Source: Gemmatimonadota bacterium
Lineage (GTDB): Bacteria > Gemmatimonadota > Gemmatimonadetes > Gemmatimonadales > GWC2-71-9
Assembly (NCBI GenBank): GCA_039588295.1
Contig: JBDHAB010000025.1
Coordinates: 1-42,720, forward strand
DNA length: 42,720 bases
Direction: 5' to 3'
The notes under the pieces were generated by a model, which saw only the letters and a program-made list of their open reading frames with translations, was not told the origin of the DNA and made no database searches. Made by a program: the position numbers and the translations under genes. Shown here one piece after another: positions 16,860 through 26,041 of this stretch; position 1 is the stretch's first letter, and each line of letters opens with the position of its first letter.

Positions 16860-19646
16860 ATGCTCCGACGGATTCTCGACTCGCCGCTGATCAAGCTCGC
16901 CGTGTACTACGCGGGGGTGGTCGCGGCCGCGTTTCTGCTCGCTCGGCTGTTTCCGGAATTGCGGGAGGGATTATCCCTCGAGCACTTGCAGCAGCCCGGG
17001 GCGGGAGGGATCGAGGACCTCGTCAATCCGAGCGGCTCGACTGCCCAGGGGTTTTTGACCCAGCCACACGTTGGCGCCCGGACGTTGTTGGCGGTACTCG
17101 GCGGCCTCGCCCTCGTGGCACCCATCGCGTGGGTCTACATGGTGACCAAGCGGGAAGTGCGATACGACCAATCGGTCGTGCACACCATCATCATGCTGCC
17201 AATCGCGGTGACCGGAATCGTGATCATCGTCCAGTGGTCGATCCCCCTGGCATTTTCGCTGGCCGGGATCGTCGCAGCCGTCCGCTTCCGCAACACCCTG
17301 CAGGACACGAAGGACGCCGTCTACGTCTTCCTCGCGATCGGTGTCGGGCTCGCTGCCGGGGTCGAGGCACTGCCCATCGCGCTCATCGTATCTGCGTGCT
17401 TCAACTCCGTCCTCATTGTGCTCTGGCTGTTCGAGGTCGGCAACATCTACGGGCCCGAGAAACAGCAAGCACCAACCCTATCGACGACGGCGATCACGAC
17501 GGTGCCCAGCAGGAAACGCGGGTCCAAAATGCTCGACGTGTCCAAGCTGTCGTTCAAACGGGAAGAGACGGCCGAGCGGGTATCGGCTCCCGTGATCAAT
17601 CCCGAGCTGAGTCTCCTGGAGTTCCACGGCCGCGTCCTCGCACTCGCTGAGGATCCGAGCATTCCCGTGCTCGCCCGCACGCGGTTCCTCTCGATCTTCA
17701 GCTCAAACCTCGACGAGTTCTTCATGGTGCGAGTGGGTGGACTCAAGCAGGCGGTGACGGAGGGTGTGAGCAAGCGCTCGCTCGACGGACTGACGCCCAG
17801 CGAACTCCTGCAGGCAATCAACGTGAAGCTTCGGGCCTTGGTTCGTCGGCAGTACCGGTGCTTCGAGGAACTCCAATCGGACGGCCTCGCAGCCAAAGGA
17901 ATACATCTTCGACGCTTGGACGACCTGGACGAGCAGGAGCAGAGCTACCTCCGCGACTACTTCGAAGAACGGGTGCTCCCACTGCTCACCCCGAAGGCCA
18001 TCACGCTGGCCGGCGGTCATCCGTTCCCCTTCATCGAGGATCTCCTCCTGTCGCTCGCGGTCATCGTACGAGACCCCCGCACGTCACGCGACCATTTCGT
18101 GCACCTCGAAGTGTCCGACGCGCTGCCCCGCTTTATCCAGCTGCCCGACTCGCAGGACTTCGTGCCGGTCGAGGAGGCGATCCGCGCGAACGTCGGCGAC
18201 CTGTATCCCGGACGACAGGTTCTGGAGGTCCAGCCGTTTCGAATCACTCGGGCTGTCGGCCTGAAGATCGATGAGAAGACAGCGACCAACTTTCTCGAAG
18301 CGCTCGAGGATGAGCTGCGGCACCGTCCCGCGGGCGGCATTGTCCGCATCGAGGTCGAGCGTACGATGCCCTTCCCGGTGCGTGATCTCCTGCTTCGCGA
18401 GCTTCGCCGCGAAGACGAGAGCAAGGGAATCCCGCTCCAGGCCGCGGACATGTACGAAGTCGACGATATGGTCGATCTGGGTTCGCTTCGGGAGCTTGCA
18501 GAGATCTCGCGATCCGAACTCGACTACCCTCAGTTCACGCCGGCCGAGCCGATTGCCACGGAGGAATCGATCTTTTCGGTGTTGGATCGCGGGGATGTGT
18601 TGGTGCACCATCCTTATGACTCCTTCGACGCGACCACGGAACGGCTGATCGTCGAGGCCGCACGGGATCCTGACGTCGCCGCGATCAAGCTCACGTTGTA
18701 TCGACCGGGCGGACCGTCAGCGCTCGCAGAGGCACTCGTTCAAGCGGCTACGGCAGGGAAGGACGTTTCCGTCTTTGTCGAGGTGAAGGCGCGGTTCGAC
18801 GAGGAGCTCAACATCTATTGGGCCAAACAACTCGAACGGGGCGGCATCCACGTCGTCACCGGGCTCGTCAAGTACAAGACACACGCGAAGGTCGCCCTCG
18901 TCGTGAGACGGCACAACGGCCGGGTCCACCGCTATGCGCACGTCGGTACCGGCAACTACAACGCGGCGACGGCCCGCCAGTACACTGACCTCGGCCTGCT
19001 GACAGCGGACGAGACCATCTGTGCAGATGTGAACCACCTGTTCAACGAGCTGACCGGTTCCGCGCGTGCGCCGGCGGGAGATTTTCCGCAGCTGTTGGTG
19101 GCGCCCACGAACATGTTGCAGCATTTCGTGGAGCTGATCGATCGTGAGGCGGAGCACGCCCGCGCGGGACGACCAGGGCATATTCGTGCGAAGATCAACG
19201 GACTTGCCGACGGCGAAGTGATCGAGGCGCTGTACCGCGCCTCTCAGGCAGGCGTGAAGATCGACCTTGTAGTGCGCGGCATTTGCTCGCTCCGGCCCGG
19301 CGTGGCCGATCTTTCGGAGAACATCCGGGTGGTGAGTGCGCTCGGGCGGTACTTGGAGCATGCACGCATCTTCTACTTCGCGAATGGCGGTGCGGCCGAG
19401 TACTTCATCGGCTCAGCCGATTGGAGACCCCGAAATCTTCGACGGCGGGTGGAGGTCGTCGCGCCGGTGCGTGACCCGGAGGCGCGGCGGCGGCTCGACC
19501 ACATTCTCGAGGTAGAGCTGACCGACCCCACCGCCTGGCAGCTCCAGGCCGACGGCTTGTACGAGTCGGCCCCCGGTGGGGGTCCCGACGCGCGAAGCGC
19601 ACAACAGCAGTTTATGGACGAGAGTGCGGCTGGGGTGCCGGTCTAG
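16860..19646 (+). CDS. ppk1: Polyphosphate kinase 1 with an N-terminal DUF4956 membrane domain
   Basis: N-terminal LAFSLAGIVAAVRFRNTLQDTKDAVYVFLAIGVGLAAG (DUF4956). From about 17590: INPELSLLEF, SSNLDEFFMVRV, HHPYDSF, EVKARFDE, KTHAK, TGNYN, LEHARIF and SADWRPRNL. Confidence 0.88.
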   Translation: MLRRILDSPLIKLAVYYAGVVAAAFLLARLFPELREGLSLEHLQQPGAGGIEDLVNPSGSTAQGFLTQPHVGARTLLAVLGGLALVAPIAWVYMVTKREVRYDQSVVHTIIMLPIAVTGIVIIVQWSIPLAFSLAGIVAAVRFRNTLQDTKDAVYVFLAIGVGLAAGVEALPIALIVSACFNSVLIVLWLFEVGNIYGPEKQQAPTLSTTAITTVPSRKRGSKMLDVSKLSFKREETAERVSAPVINPELSLLEFHGRVLALAEDPSIPVLARTRFLSIFSSNLDEFFMVRVGGLKQAVTEGVSKRSLDGLTPSELLQAINVKLRALVRRQYRCFEELQSDGLAAKGIHLRRLDDLDEQEQSYLRDYFEERVLPLLTPKAITLAGGHPFPFIEDLLLSLAVIVRDPRTSRDHFVHLEVSDALPRFIQLPDSQDFVPVEEAIRANVGDLYPGRQVLEVQPFRITRAVGLKIDEKTATNFLEALEDELRHRPAGGIVRIEVERTMPFPVRDLLLRELRREDESKGIPLQAADMYEVDDMVDLGSLRELAEISRSELDYPQFTPAEPIATEESIFSVLDRGDVLVHHPYDSFDATTERLIVEAARDPDVAAIKLTLYRPGGPSALAEALVQAATAGKDVSVFVEVKARFDEELNIYWAKQLERGGIHVVTGLVKYKTHAKVALVVRRHNGRVHRYAHVGTGNYNAATARQYTDLGLLTADETICADVNHLFNELTGSARAPAGDFPQLLVAPTNMLQHFVELIDREAEHARAGRPGHIRAKINGLADGEVIEALYRASQAGVKIDLVVRGICSLRPGVADLSENIRVVSALGRYLEHARIFYFANGGAAEYFIGSADWRPRNLRRRVEVVAPVRDPEARRRLDHILEVELTDPTAWQLQADGLYESAPGGGPDARSAQQQFMDESAAGVPV

Positions 19647-19698
19647 CGAGGCATCATACTGGCGCCACGCACCGCTCAGCGCGAGTGAGCGCGGTGTC

Positions 19699-21168
19699 TT
19701 ACCGGGCGAGATTCACGTTGAGAAACTCCGGCTCGCCAGTGACCTCGCGGTCGACCACAGGGGCGAGCCACTCCGGCACCACCACGTCGACCTCCGGCGA
19801 AGCAAGCTCGATCTCTGCGAGAAACAGCTCGCGGTCGAGGAACTCATCGAGTTCCCAGGTAAAAGCGCCGTCGGGTACGTAGTATCGCCGCTTGGTGACT
19901 CGTCGTCCCTCGGTCAGCGGCCAGAGCCGCTCGAAGACCTCCTGCGACGCTGCTTCCTCCACCTCGGTCCGGACCAACCCCTCACCCAGCTTCACCGTTC
20001 GAAAGTAGTGCACGCCGTTCTTGCCACGTGTGCGTCGCACACGCTCGAGGAGTCGAGTTCCGGGCAGCCAACCCTGGTCGACGTCGACCTTGTCGGCCGT
20101 CTCGATGACCTTGGGAAGCCGGGTGAGCAGATACTTGCGTTCCACCTCGACGCCCTCATCGGGACGTTCGGGGGTCACCAGCGCTTGGAGCACGAGCGTG
20201 ATATCGCGATCCAGCAGCATCGTTTGGTCCTGGCGCCAGGCACAGAACCTCGCGAAGGTCTCCTCCTGTGCCTCTCGGCAGAGCTTCGTGAGCGCCAGCA
20301 TGCCGGGCGTCGCATTCCGCCGCAGGATGCGTCGCCGCTCGCGCGTGTCGAGTCCCTCTTCCTTCTGGAGCTTGCTCAAACGTCGGGCATGTTCTGCGGC
20401 CGCTCGCTCGCTGGTCACCACGAACTCCTCCTCCACGACCTGGGCGTCGTGCAGCTCCCCAAGCACGGTTTGGAGATCCTTCAGCTGCCGCACAGCCGTC
20501 TTCGCCGGTGGAACTCGATCAACCACGAGCTCGAGCAGGTACCGCAATCGTTTGGCGCTGATGCGGGCGGAGTGCACGGCTGCTTCGTCGCGCGCGGACC
20601 GGATTTCCCTCCCCCGCTCTCGAAGCGTTGCGGCATGGTCCTCTACCAGCGCACGCAGCGCGCCAGCGAACGTCAGGCGCGTGCCGTCTCCTCCCAGCGG
20701 TTGTTCCGCCGCTGCGGCGAGGCGCTGCCGCAGGCTTCGATCGAGTCGTGCGAAGTCCTGTCGCACCGCACGCACGCTGGCATTGTACTCGCGCTGTTGC
20801 GTCTCCTCGAGTCGCTCGAGGAACCAGTTGGCGCCGACCCGCTGCGTGGGAGTGAGGTCCGATCGCCTGCCTTTGACCCAGAGAACTTGCACTTCCGCGT
20901 CACGCGCCGTGTTAGTCGCGCGCGTGAGATCCCGCAGCCGGCGGCGGAGTTTGTTCGGTACCTGGTGCTCCACGTACGGGCGGAACGCCCGCAGCACGCT
21001 TCGCAACCGGCGGAGGGCGACCCGGAAGTCGTGGAGCGCATCCTCGTCCGCGGCGTCCTTCAGGCGACGGCGCGCCTGCCTGGCGTCATCCAGCAGTGCC
21101 ACACCGATGGTATCGACGGCTTCGACCGGGGTGCGACCGAGGAGACCTCGTGAGTACCTAGGCACCAT
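19699..21168 (-). CDS. CHAD + CYTH domain protein
   Basis: CHAD motifs ALHDFRVALRRLR and HSARISAKRLRY...LGELHD; CYTH motif EVERKYL...KRRY...WELDEF...AEIEL. The ATG at 21168 overlaps the sixA 3' end; the exact start is uncertain. Confidence 0.88.
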   Translation of the reverse strand: MVPRYSRGLLGRTPVEAVDTIGVALLDDARQARRRLKDAADEDALHDFRVALRRLRSVLRAFRPYVEHQVPNKLRRRLRDLTRATNTARDAEVQVLWVKGRRSDLTPTQRVGANWFLERLEETQQREYNASVRAVRQDFARLDRSLRQRLAAAAEQPLGGDGTRLTFAGALRALVEDHAATLRERGREIRSARDEAAVHSARISAKRLRYLLELVVDRVPPAKTAVRQLKDLQTVLGELHDAQVVEEEFVVTSERAAAEHARRLSKLQKEEGLDTRERRRILRRNATPGMLALTKLCREAQEETFARFCAWRQDQTMLLDRDITLVLQALVTPERPDEGVEVERKYLLTRLPKVIETADKVDVDQGWLPGTRLLERVRRTRGKNGVHYFRTVKLGEGLVRTEVEEAASQEVFERLWPLTEGRRVTKRRYYVPDGAFTWELDEFLDRELFLAEIELASPEVDVVVPEWLAPVVDREVTGEPEFLNVNLAR

Positions 21169-21673
21169 CACTCCCCAGTGCCCGGAGGTGTTTCGGCGCC
21201 AACAGCCAGCGGATGACCCCTTTCCCCGGTCCAACCCTACCCACGAACTCCACCAGACATGCCGCTCCCTTCTTGAGCGATATCCCAGGGCTGCGCGACT
21301 GGGTCGTGAGCCACGAAACCAACAGGCTCAGGTCCGGCTCGTGACCGACGAGCGCCACCGTCCCGAGGTCGTGGTGTTTCCGTAACCACGCGATGACAGC
21401 ATTCGGCTCCGATCCCGGCGTCAGGATCGGGACCGACTCCACCGTTGCATCGGGGTACGCAGCGCTGAGGATCGTGGCCGTCTGCACAGCCCGTGTGAGG
21501 GGGCTGGTGGCGAGGAGATCGATGCGCGGTACCACCGTGGTGAGCCCCCCCGCCGCTTCCTTCATGCGGCGTGCGCCCTCTGGTGTGAGCGGGCGCTGCT
21601 CGTCGGTCTGCCCGGTACGTGCAAACACCTCTCGATCTTCCGCAATGGCATGACGTACAACGAGCACACGCAT
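21158..21673 (-). CDS. sixA: Phosphohistidine phosphatase SixA
   Basis: VVRHAIA, RPLTPEG, TSPLTRAVQTA and LVGHEPDL. Confidence 0.9.
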   Translation of the reverse strand: MRVLVVRHAIAEDREVFARTGQTDEQRPLTPEGARRMKEAAGGLTTVVPRIDLLATSPLTRAVQTATILSAAYPDATVESVPILTPGSEPNAVIAWLRKHHDLGTVALVGHEPDLSLLVSWLTTQSRSPGISLKKGAACLVEFVGRVGPGKGVIRWLLAPKHLRALGSDGA

Positions 21674-21682
21674 CGAACTAGC

Positions 21683-23851
21683 TCACACTGACGTGTCGAC
21701 GGATTGCTCGTCCTCGTGCGGTTGGCGAAGGATGGGACGAAACGGAGGATGAACCTTGGTTTGTTTCCGCGCCGCCCGACGGGCGAACTTCTGGAGCACC
21801 ATCTGCGAACGCACCGCCTTCTCCTCTTCGCCTCGCGTTCGTCTCACGTACGTCCCGTCGGCCTGCAGCATCCGCGCCTTGACGTTGTCGGTCAGCTGGA
21901 CCGCCATGATCTCCTCGACGATCCGCGTCTTGAGTCGGGCGTCAACAATGGGAAACATGAGCTCGATGCGCCGGAAGAAATTGCGGGGCATCCAGTCTGC
22001 GCTCCCGAGGAAGATCTCTGGATCGCCAGCGTTCTCGAAGTAGAAGATGCGCGAGTGCTCGAGAAACTTGTCGACGATGCTGACCACACGGATGTTCTCC
22101 GAAAGACCCGGCAGGCCCGGACGCAGGCAGCATGGTCCGCGAATGATCAACTCGATCTGGACGCCAGCCTGCGAGGCCTTGTACAGTTGGTCGATGACGG
22201 AATGCTCCACGAGCGCATTCATCTTCACCATGATGCGCGCTGGCTTTCCCTCCTCCGCGTGGCTCCGTTCCCGCTTGATCAGCTCGACCACGCGTTCGCG
22301 CAGCAAGACCGGGGCAAGGTCGAATCGACGCCACTCCTGGGCCCGTGAATACCCCGTGAGCAGGTTGAATAGCGCGGTCGCATCCTCGCAGAGGTCCGGG
22401 TCGGCCGTGAACAGACCCAAGTCGGTGTAGGTACGAGCAGTCACCGGATTGTAGTTGCCGGTCGACAGGTGGAGATACCGTCGGATGCCACCCTGCTCCC
22501 GCCGGACGACGAGCGCCGCCTTGCAATGGGTCTTGAGCCCCACCACTCCGTAGACCACGTGAACCCCTGCCTGCTCGAGCGACCGCGCCCACCCAATGTT
22601 GTTCTGCTCTTCGAACCGCGCCCTGAGTTCAACGAGTGCCGTGACCTGCTTCCCGTTCTGGGCCGCCCGGATGAGCGCCGAGATGATCGCGCTGGGGGCA
22701 CTCGTACGATAGAGCGTCTGCTTGATGGCGAGCACATTGGGGTCGTCAGCTGCGTGCTCGACGAAATCGGACACGGCACCAAACGACTCGTACGGGTGAT
22801 GAACCATCACGTCCTGCTGGCGGATGACGTCGAAGATGTCGCGGTCCTGCACGAAGGCGGGTACGACACGAGGCATGAGCGGCTCGTCCTTGAGCTCTCT
22901 GAATCCGTCGATGTCGTGCAACCGCCAGAAGGCGGTGAGATCAATGGGACCTTCGATGCGGTATACGTCACCCGATCCCAACTCGAGCGCCGTGCTCAGC
23001 ATCTGCGCAAACTCTTCAGAAGCGTCCGCGGAGATCTCGAGCCGCACCGGGTCGCTCCGCAACCGCTGCCGCAGACTCTCCTCGATCATCTCCAGCAGGT
23101 CCTCCGCCGCTTCCTCCTGAATCGTGAGATCGGTATTGCGCGTCACCCGGAAGATGGTGGAACCGAGCACTCGGAACCCGCCGAACAGCGATTGCACATG
23201 TTCGATAATGAGATCTTCGAGCAGCAGGTAGCGAACGTGGTCGGCGCCCTGCGAAACGACGACGAGGCGATCGAGGACCGCCGGTACCTGCACCACGGCG
23301 GGCAGGGGCTCGGCATCCGGGTCATCGGAGGCCTGTACGAGCAGCGCAATATTGAGGCTCTTGTTGTGCACGTGGGGAAACGGGTGACCGGGGTCGATCG
23401 CCAGCGGCGTCAGCACCGGATAGATGCTGGCCTGAAACAACTGATCGACCATCTCGCGTTCCTCCGGTGTGAGCTCCCCATACTGCATCCGCGTCACCCC
23501 GGCCGTGTGCAGCCCAGGGAATACCTCCTCCCGCAACACGCGGTACTGCTCGCCGACGAGTTCGTGCGCTCGTGGATCGATCGCAGCCAACTGCTCCGCC
23601 GGGCCCATGCCATCGGCCCCGTAGTCCTGGGGCTCGACGCCGGCGTGAACCTGTTCCTGCAGTCCAGCCACACGGACCTCGAAGAACTCATCAAGATTCG
23701 AGCTGAAGATGGCGAGGAATTTGAGCCGCTCGAGCAACGGGTTCGTCGCATCCTGCGCCTCTTCCAGCACCCTGGCATTGAACTCCAGCCAGCTCAGCTC
23801 GCGATTGATGTACTGCTCAGACGGAAACTTCGGTTTTGGACGCTTGCCCAT
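21683..23851 (-). CDS. ppk1: Polyphosphate kinase 1
   Basis: YINRELSWLEFNARVL, SSNLDEFFEVRV, HHPYESF, KQTLYR, KTHCK, TGNYN, FLEHSRI and SADWMPRN. Confidence 0.97.
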   Translation of the reverse strand: MGKRPKPKFPSEQYINRELSWLEFNARVLEEAQDATNPLLERLKFLAIFSSNLDEFFEVRVAGLQEQVHAGVEPQDYGADGMGPAEQLAAIDPRAHELVGEQYRVLREEVFPGLHTAGVTRMQYGELTPEEREMVDQLFQASIYPVLTPLAIDPGHPFPHVHNKSLNIALLVQASDDPDAEPLPAVVQVPAVLDRLVVVSQGADHVRYLLLEDLIIEHVQSLFGGFRVLGSTIFRVTRNTDLTIQEEAAEDLLEMIEESLRQRLRSDPVRLEISADASEEFAQMLSTALELGSGDVYRIEGPIDLTAFWRLHDIDGFRELKDEPLMPRVVPAFVQDRDIFDVIRQQDVMVHHPYESFGAVSDFVEHAADDPNVLAIKQTLYRTSAPSAIISALIRAAQNGKQVTALVELRARFEEQNNIGWARSLEQAGVHVVYGVVGLKTHCKAALVVRREQGGIRRYLHLSTGNYNPVTARTYTDLGLFTADPDLCEDATALFNLLTGYSRAQEWRRFDLAPVLLRERVVELIKRERSHAEEGKPARIMVKMNALVEHSVIDQLYKASQAGVQIELIIRGPCCLRPGLPGLSENIRVVSIVDKFLEHSRIFYFENAGDPEIFLGSADWMPRNFFRRIELMFPIVDARLKTRIVEEIMAVQLTDNVKARMLQADGTYVRRTRGEEEKAVRSQMVLQKFARRAARKQTKVHPPFRPILRQPHEDEQSVDTSV

Positions 23852-23854
23852 GAC

Positions 23855-25498
23855 TCAACTCCGACCCTTCACCGCCCGCTGGTTCCCATGCCTCGTGCGG
23901 CTCGCCGTGCCTTGGCGACGCGGTCTCGACCACTCGAGGATCACCGGCGTGTCAAATGTCTTTTCGAACAACCCACTCTTCCGCTCGGCATCCATCAGCT
24001 CGACCTGCGGTCGGTGAGCCGCCGCAACGCGGATCCGAACCCCGTCGTCGTCGACGTAGGTCCGTATACCCGTCACCACCTGCCCGTGGGTGCGATCGAG
24101 CCCGTCGGCGACCCGAAGAATCCCGCTCAGCTGCCGCACCAGCTCACGATCCGACCGGTCCAGCCGCCCAAAGTTTTCATGCGACTTCTTCGGTGTGGCG
24201 CGGCGGTGGTAGCGGGCCACGTTGGCGATCAACTCGACCTCACCCGGCGAGAACCCGCGCAGATCGCCATGCATGATCAGGTGGTAAGCGTGCTTGTGGT
24301 GCTTCGCGTGATTGATCAGATACCCCACGTCGTGCAGCAACGCCGCGGCCTCGAGCATGTCACGACCGGCGGATGGAATCTCGAACGGCTCCCGCAGCGC
24401 ATCGAACAGCTGCACCGACAGCGCCGCAACGTGATTGCAGTGTCGCTCATTCGATCGGCACTGGCGCGCGAACTCGCGGACCCAATTCATCCGATCCGGC
24501 GCCGGTGCCCCCCGATCGGCCCCCTCGGCTCCAAGCTCCTCGATCATCGACACGAGCAGACCGTCGCGGACACCCCGGTCGTTGACGAGAATCCGCTGCG
24601 TCCCCAAGCGTTTGGCCAGCCGCGCGATCGATGCCGCCCCAGCCAAGATGATGTCAGCCCGCTTGGGATTGAGGCCACACATGCCACGACGCGCACCAAG
24701 CGGGGTTTCCAGCAGCCGATCCAGCAACCGCACCAGATCGGCCCGGGTGAAGGCGTAGCCCCGGATCTGTGTGAATCGGCCCTCCCGCTCGCACTGCACC
24801 ATCTCGCCAAGATTCGTGAACGTGCCGCCGCTGCCGATCATCAGCTCCGCAGCCATCGGCGGACGCCCAATGATTTGTTTGATCTCAAGGTCGATGGCCC
24901 GGCGCAGCTTCTTCCAGTGCCGATCCTTCAACGGATCGGACTTGACGTACTGCTCCGTGAGTCGAACCGCGCCCAGCGACAGCGAGTGCACCTGGTTGAT
25001 GGCGCCGCCGGCGGCGAGGACGACCTCGACACTCCCACCGCCAATGTCCACCACCGCAATCGACTGTTGATCGAGCTGGAAGTGCCGCGACACGCTCTTG
25101 AAGGCGAGTTGCGCTTCCTCGTCACTGGAGACGATCTCGATGCGCGCACCACACCGGCGCCGGGCCTCGCGGCGAAAAATCTGTCCGTTCGTCGCTTCGC
25201 GCACCGCGCTCGTCGCGACGACACGGAGATCCTTCACCCCGAACCCGTCCGCGATCGCCCGCATCTTGCAGAGCGCCTGGAGCGTGCGCTCCATCGGCCC
25301 ACGGCCGATCTGCCCGGACTTGTAGAGACCGCGGCCGAGCCGCGTCATCTCCCGCTCCTCGTCGAGGACACGATAGTTCCCGTCCGGCTCGACCTCCGCG
25401 ACCACGAGCCGAATCGAGTTCGTGCCCACGTCGATCGCCGCCAGTCGCGGTAACGCATGCGTTGACGGTGAATCGGTCACGGGTTGCTTCACGACCAT
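23855..25498 (-). CDS. ppx: Exopolyphosphatase Ppx/GppA with a C-terminal HD domain
   Basis: AAIDVGTNSIRL, ATSAVREA, DIGGGSVE, GVRDG, AALLHDVG and ANVARYHR. Confidence 0.93.
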   Translation of the reverse strand: MVVKQPVTDSPSTHALPRLAAIDVGTNSIRLVVAEVEPDGNYRVLDEEREMTRLGRGLYKSGQIGRGPMERTLQALCKMRAIADGFGVKDLRVVATSAVREATNGQIFRREARRRCGARIEIVSSDEEAQLAFKSVSRHFQLDQQSIAVVDIGGGSVEVVLAAGGAINQVHSLSLGAVRLTEQYVKSDPLKDRHWKKLRRAIDLEIKQIIGRPPMAAELMIGSGGTFTNLGEMVQCEREGRFTQIRGYAFTRADLVRLLDRLLETPLGARRGMCGLNPKRADIILAGAASIARLAKRLGTQRILVNDRGVRDGLLVSMIEELGAEGADRGAPAPDRMNWVREFARQCRSNERHCNHVAALSVQLFDALREPFEIPSAGRDMLEAAALLHDVGYLINHAKHHKHAYHLIMHGDLRGFSPGEVELIANVARYHRRATPKKSHENFGRLDRSDRELVRQLSGILRVADGLDRTHGQVVTGIRTYVDDDGVRIRVAAAHRPQVELMDAERKSGLFEKTFDTPVILEWSRPRRQGTASRTRHGNQRAVKGRS

Positions 25499-25530
25499 CC
25501 CCTGCCACCCTCCCGCACTGCCGAAGGACC

Positions 25531-25555
25531 TAAACTATTGTTATACAACAATTTA
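25531..25555. promoter_or_regulatory. 25-bp palindromic operator-like site TAA-N4-TTG-N5-CAA-N4-TTA (copy 2), upstream of the ppx-ppk1 operon
   Basis: TAAACTATTGTTATACAACAATTTA. Confidence 0.55.
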
Positions 25556-25717
25556 GAGACACACACCGCGGGACACCGTGGCCTCCCGCGGGAGTGCGCC
25601 GCCGTCGCGCGGCGCCTGCAGAACTCCAGAGTATTCAATGGTGCGTCGCCGGCAGCGATTCGGCAACGGTACGGCACCAATCCCATATCGCGCGTTGGGG
25701 GGGCATGCTGCACTCAG

Positions 25718-25915
25718 TTACGTGTTGCCCTGGTCGTCCTCACCGCTGAACCGGCGATAGAGTAGGAAGGTCCCACTCGCTGCCACGACCAGGAGCAGCG
25801 CCGGGACCACGACGGACCAGAGCACGCCGCCGATTGGCGCTTCCGCCGGCAGCGTCGACGGAGCGTCCTGCGATGCGAGGATCGCGGCCGCCAGGGAGAG
25901 CCATGCAACACTCAT
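25718..25915 (-). CDS. Small membrane protein (65 aa)
   Basis: Signal-like N-terminus plus a TM segment (VLWSVVVPALLLVVAASGTFLLYRRF). ATGA overlap with the upstream 42-aa ORF. Confidence 0.7.
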   Translation of the reverse strand: MSVAWLSLAAAILASQDAPSTLPAEAPIGGVLWSVVVPALLLVVAASGTFLLYRRFSGEDDQGNT

Positions 25916-26040
25916 CGCTCGTTCCGGTTTCCCCCGGGGCGATGGCGTTTGCGCCAGGCCCAGTAGGCCAACACCAGCCCGAGCAGCGACGCAGCGTACG
26001 CGATGCTCATGCCGATCAGGGTCACGAGTCCCTTATCCAC
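25912..26040 (-). CDS. Small single-TM protein (42 aa): MDKGLVTLIGMSIAYAASLLGLVLAYWAWRKRHRPGGNRNER
   Basis: Not in the ORF track because it is under 60 aa. The GTG lies 1 nt after the symporter TGA, with GGAG upstream, and its stop overlaps the next ATG. Confidence 0.7.
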   Translation of the reverse strand: MDKGLVTLIGMSIAYAASLLGLVLAYWAWRKRHRPGGNRNER

Positions 26041-26041
26041 G

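Noticed and set aside
19576..21385. 525-aa and 454-aa + strand ORFs
   Set aside because: Both are antisense to the well-supported CHAD-CYTH and sixA genes and have no domain features.
22469..25453. 994-aa ORF on the + strand
   Set aside because: It is the antisense shadow of ppk1 and ppx. It has no recognisable motifs, and long antisense ORFs are expected in high-GC coding DNA.
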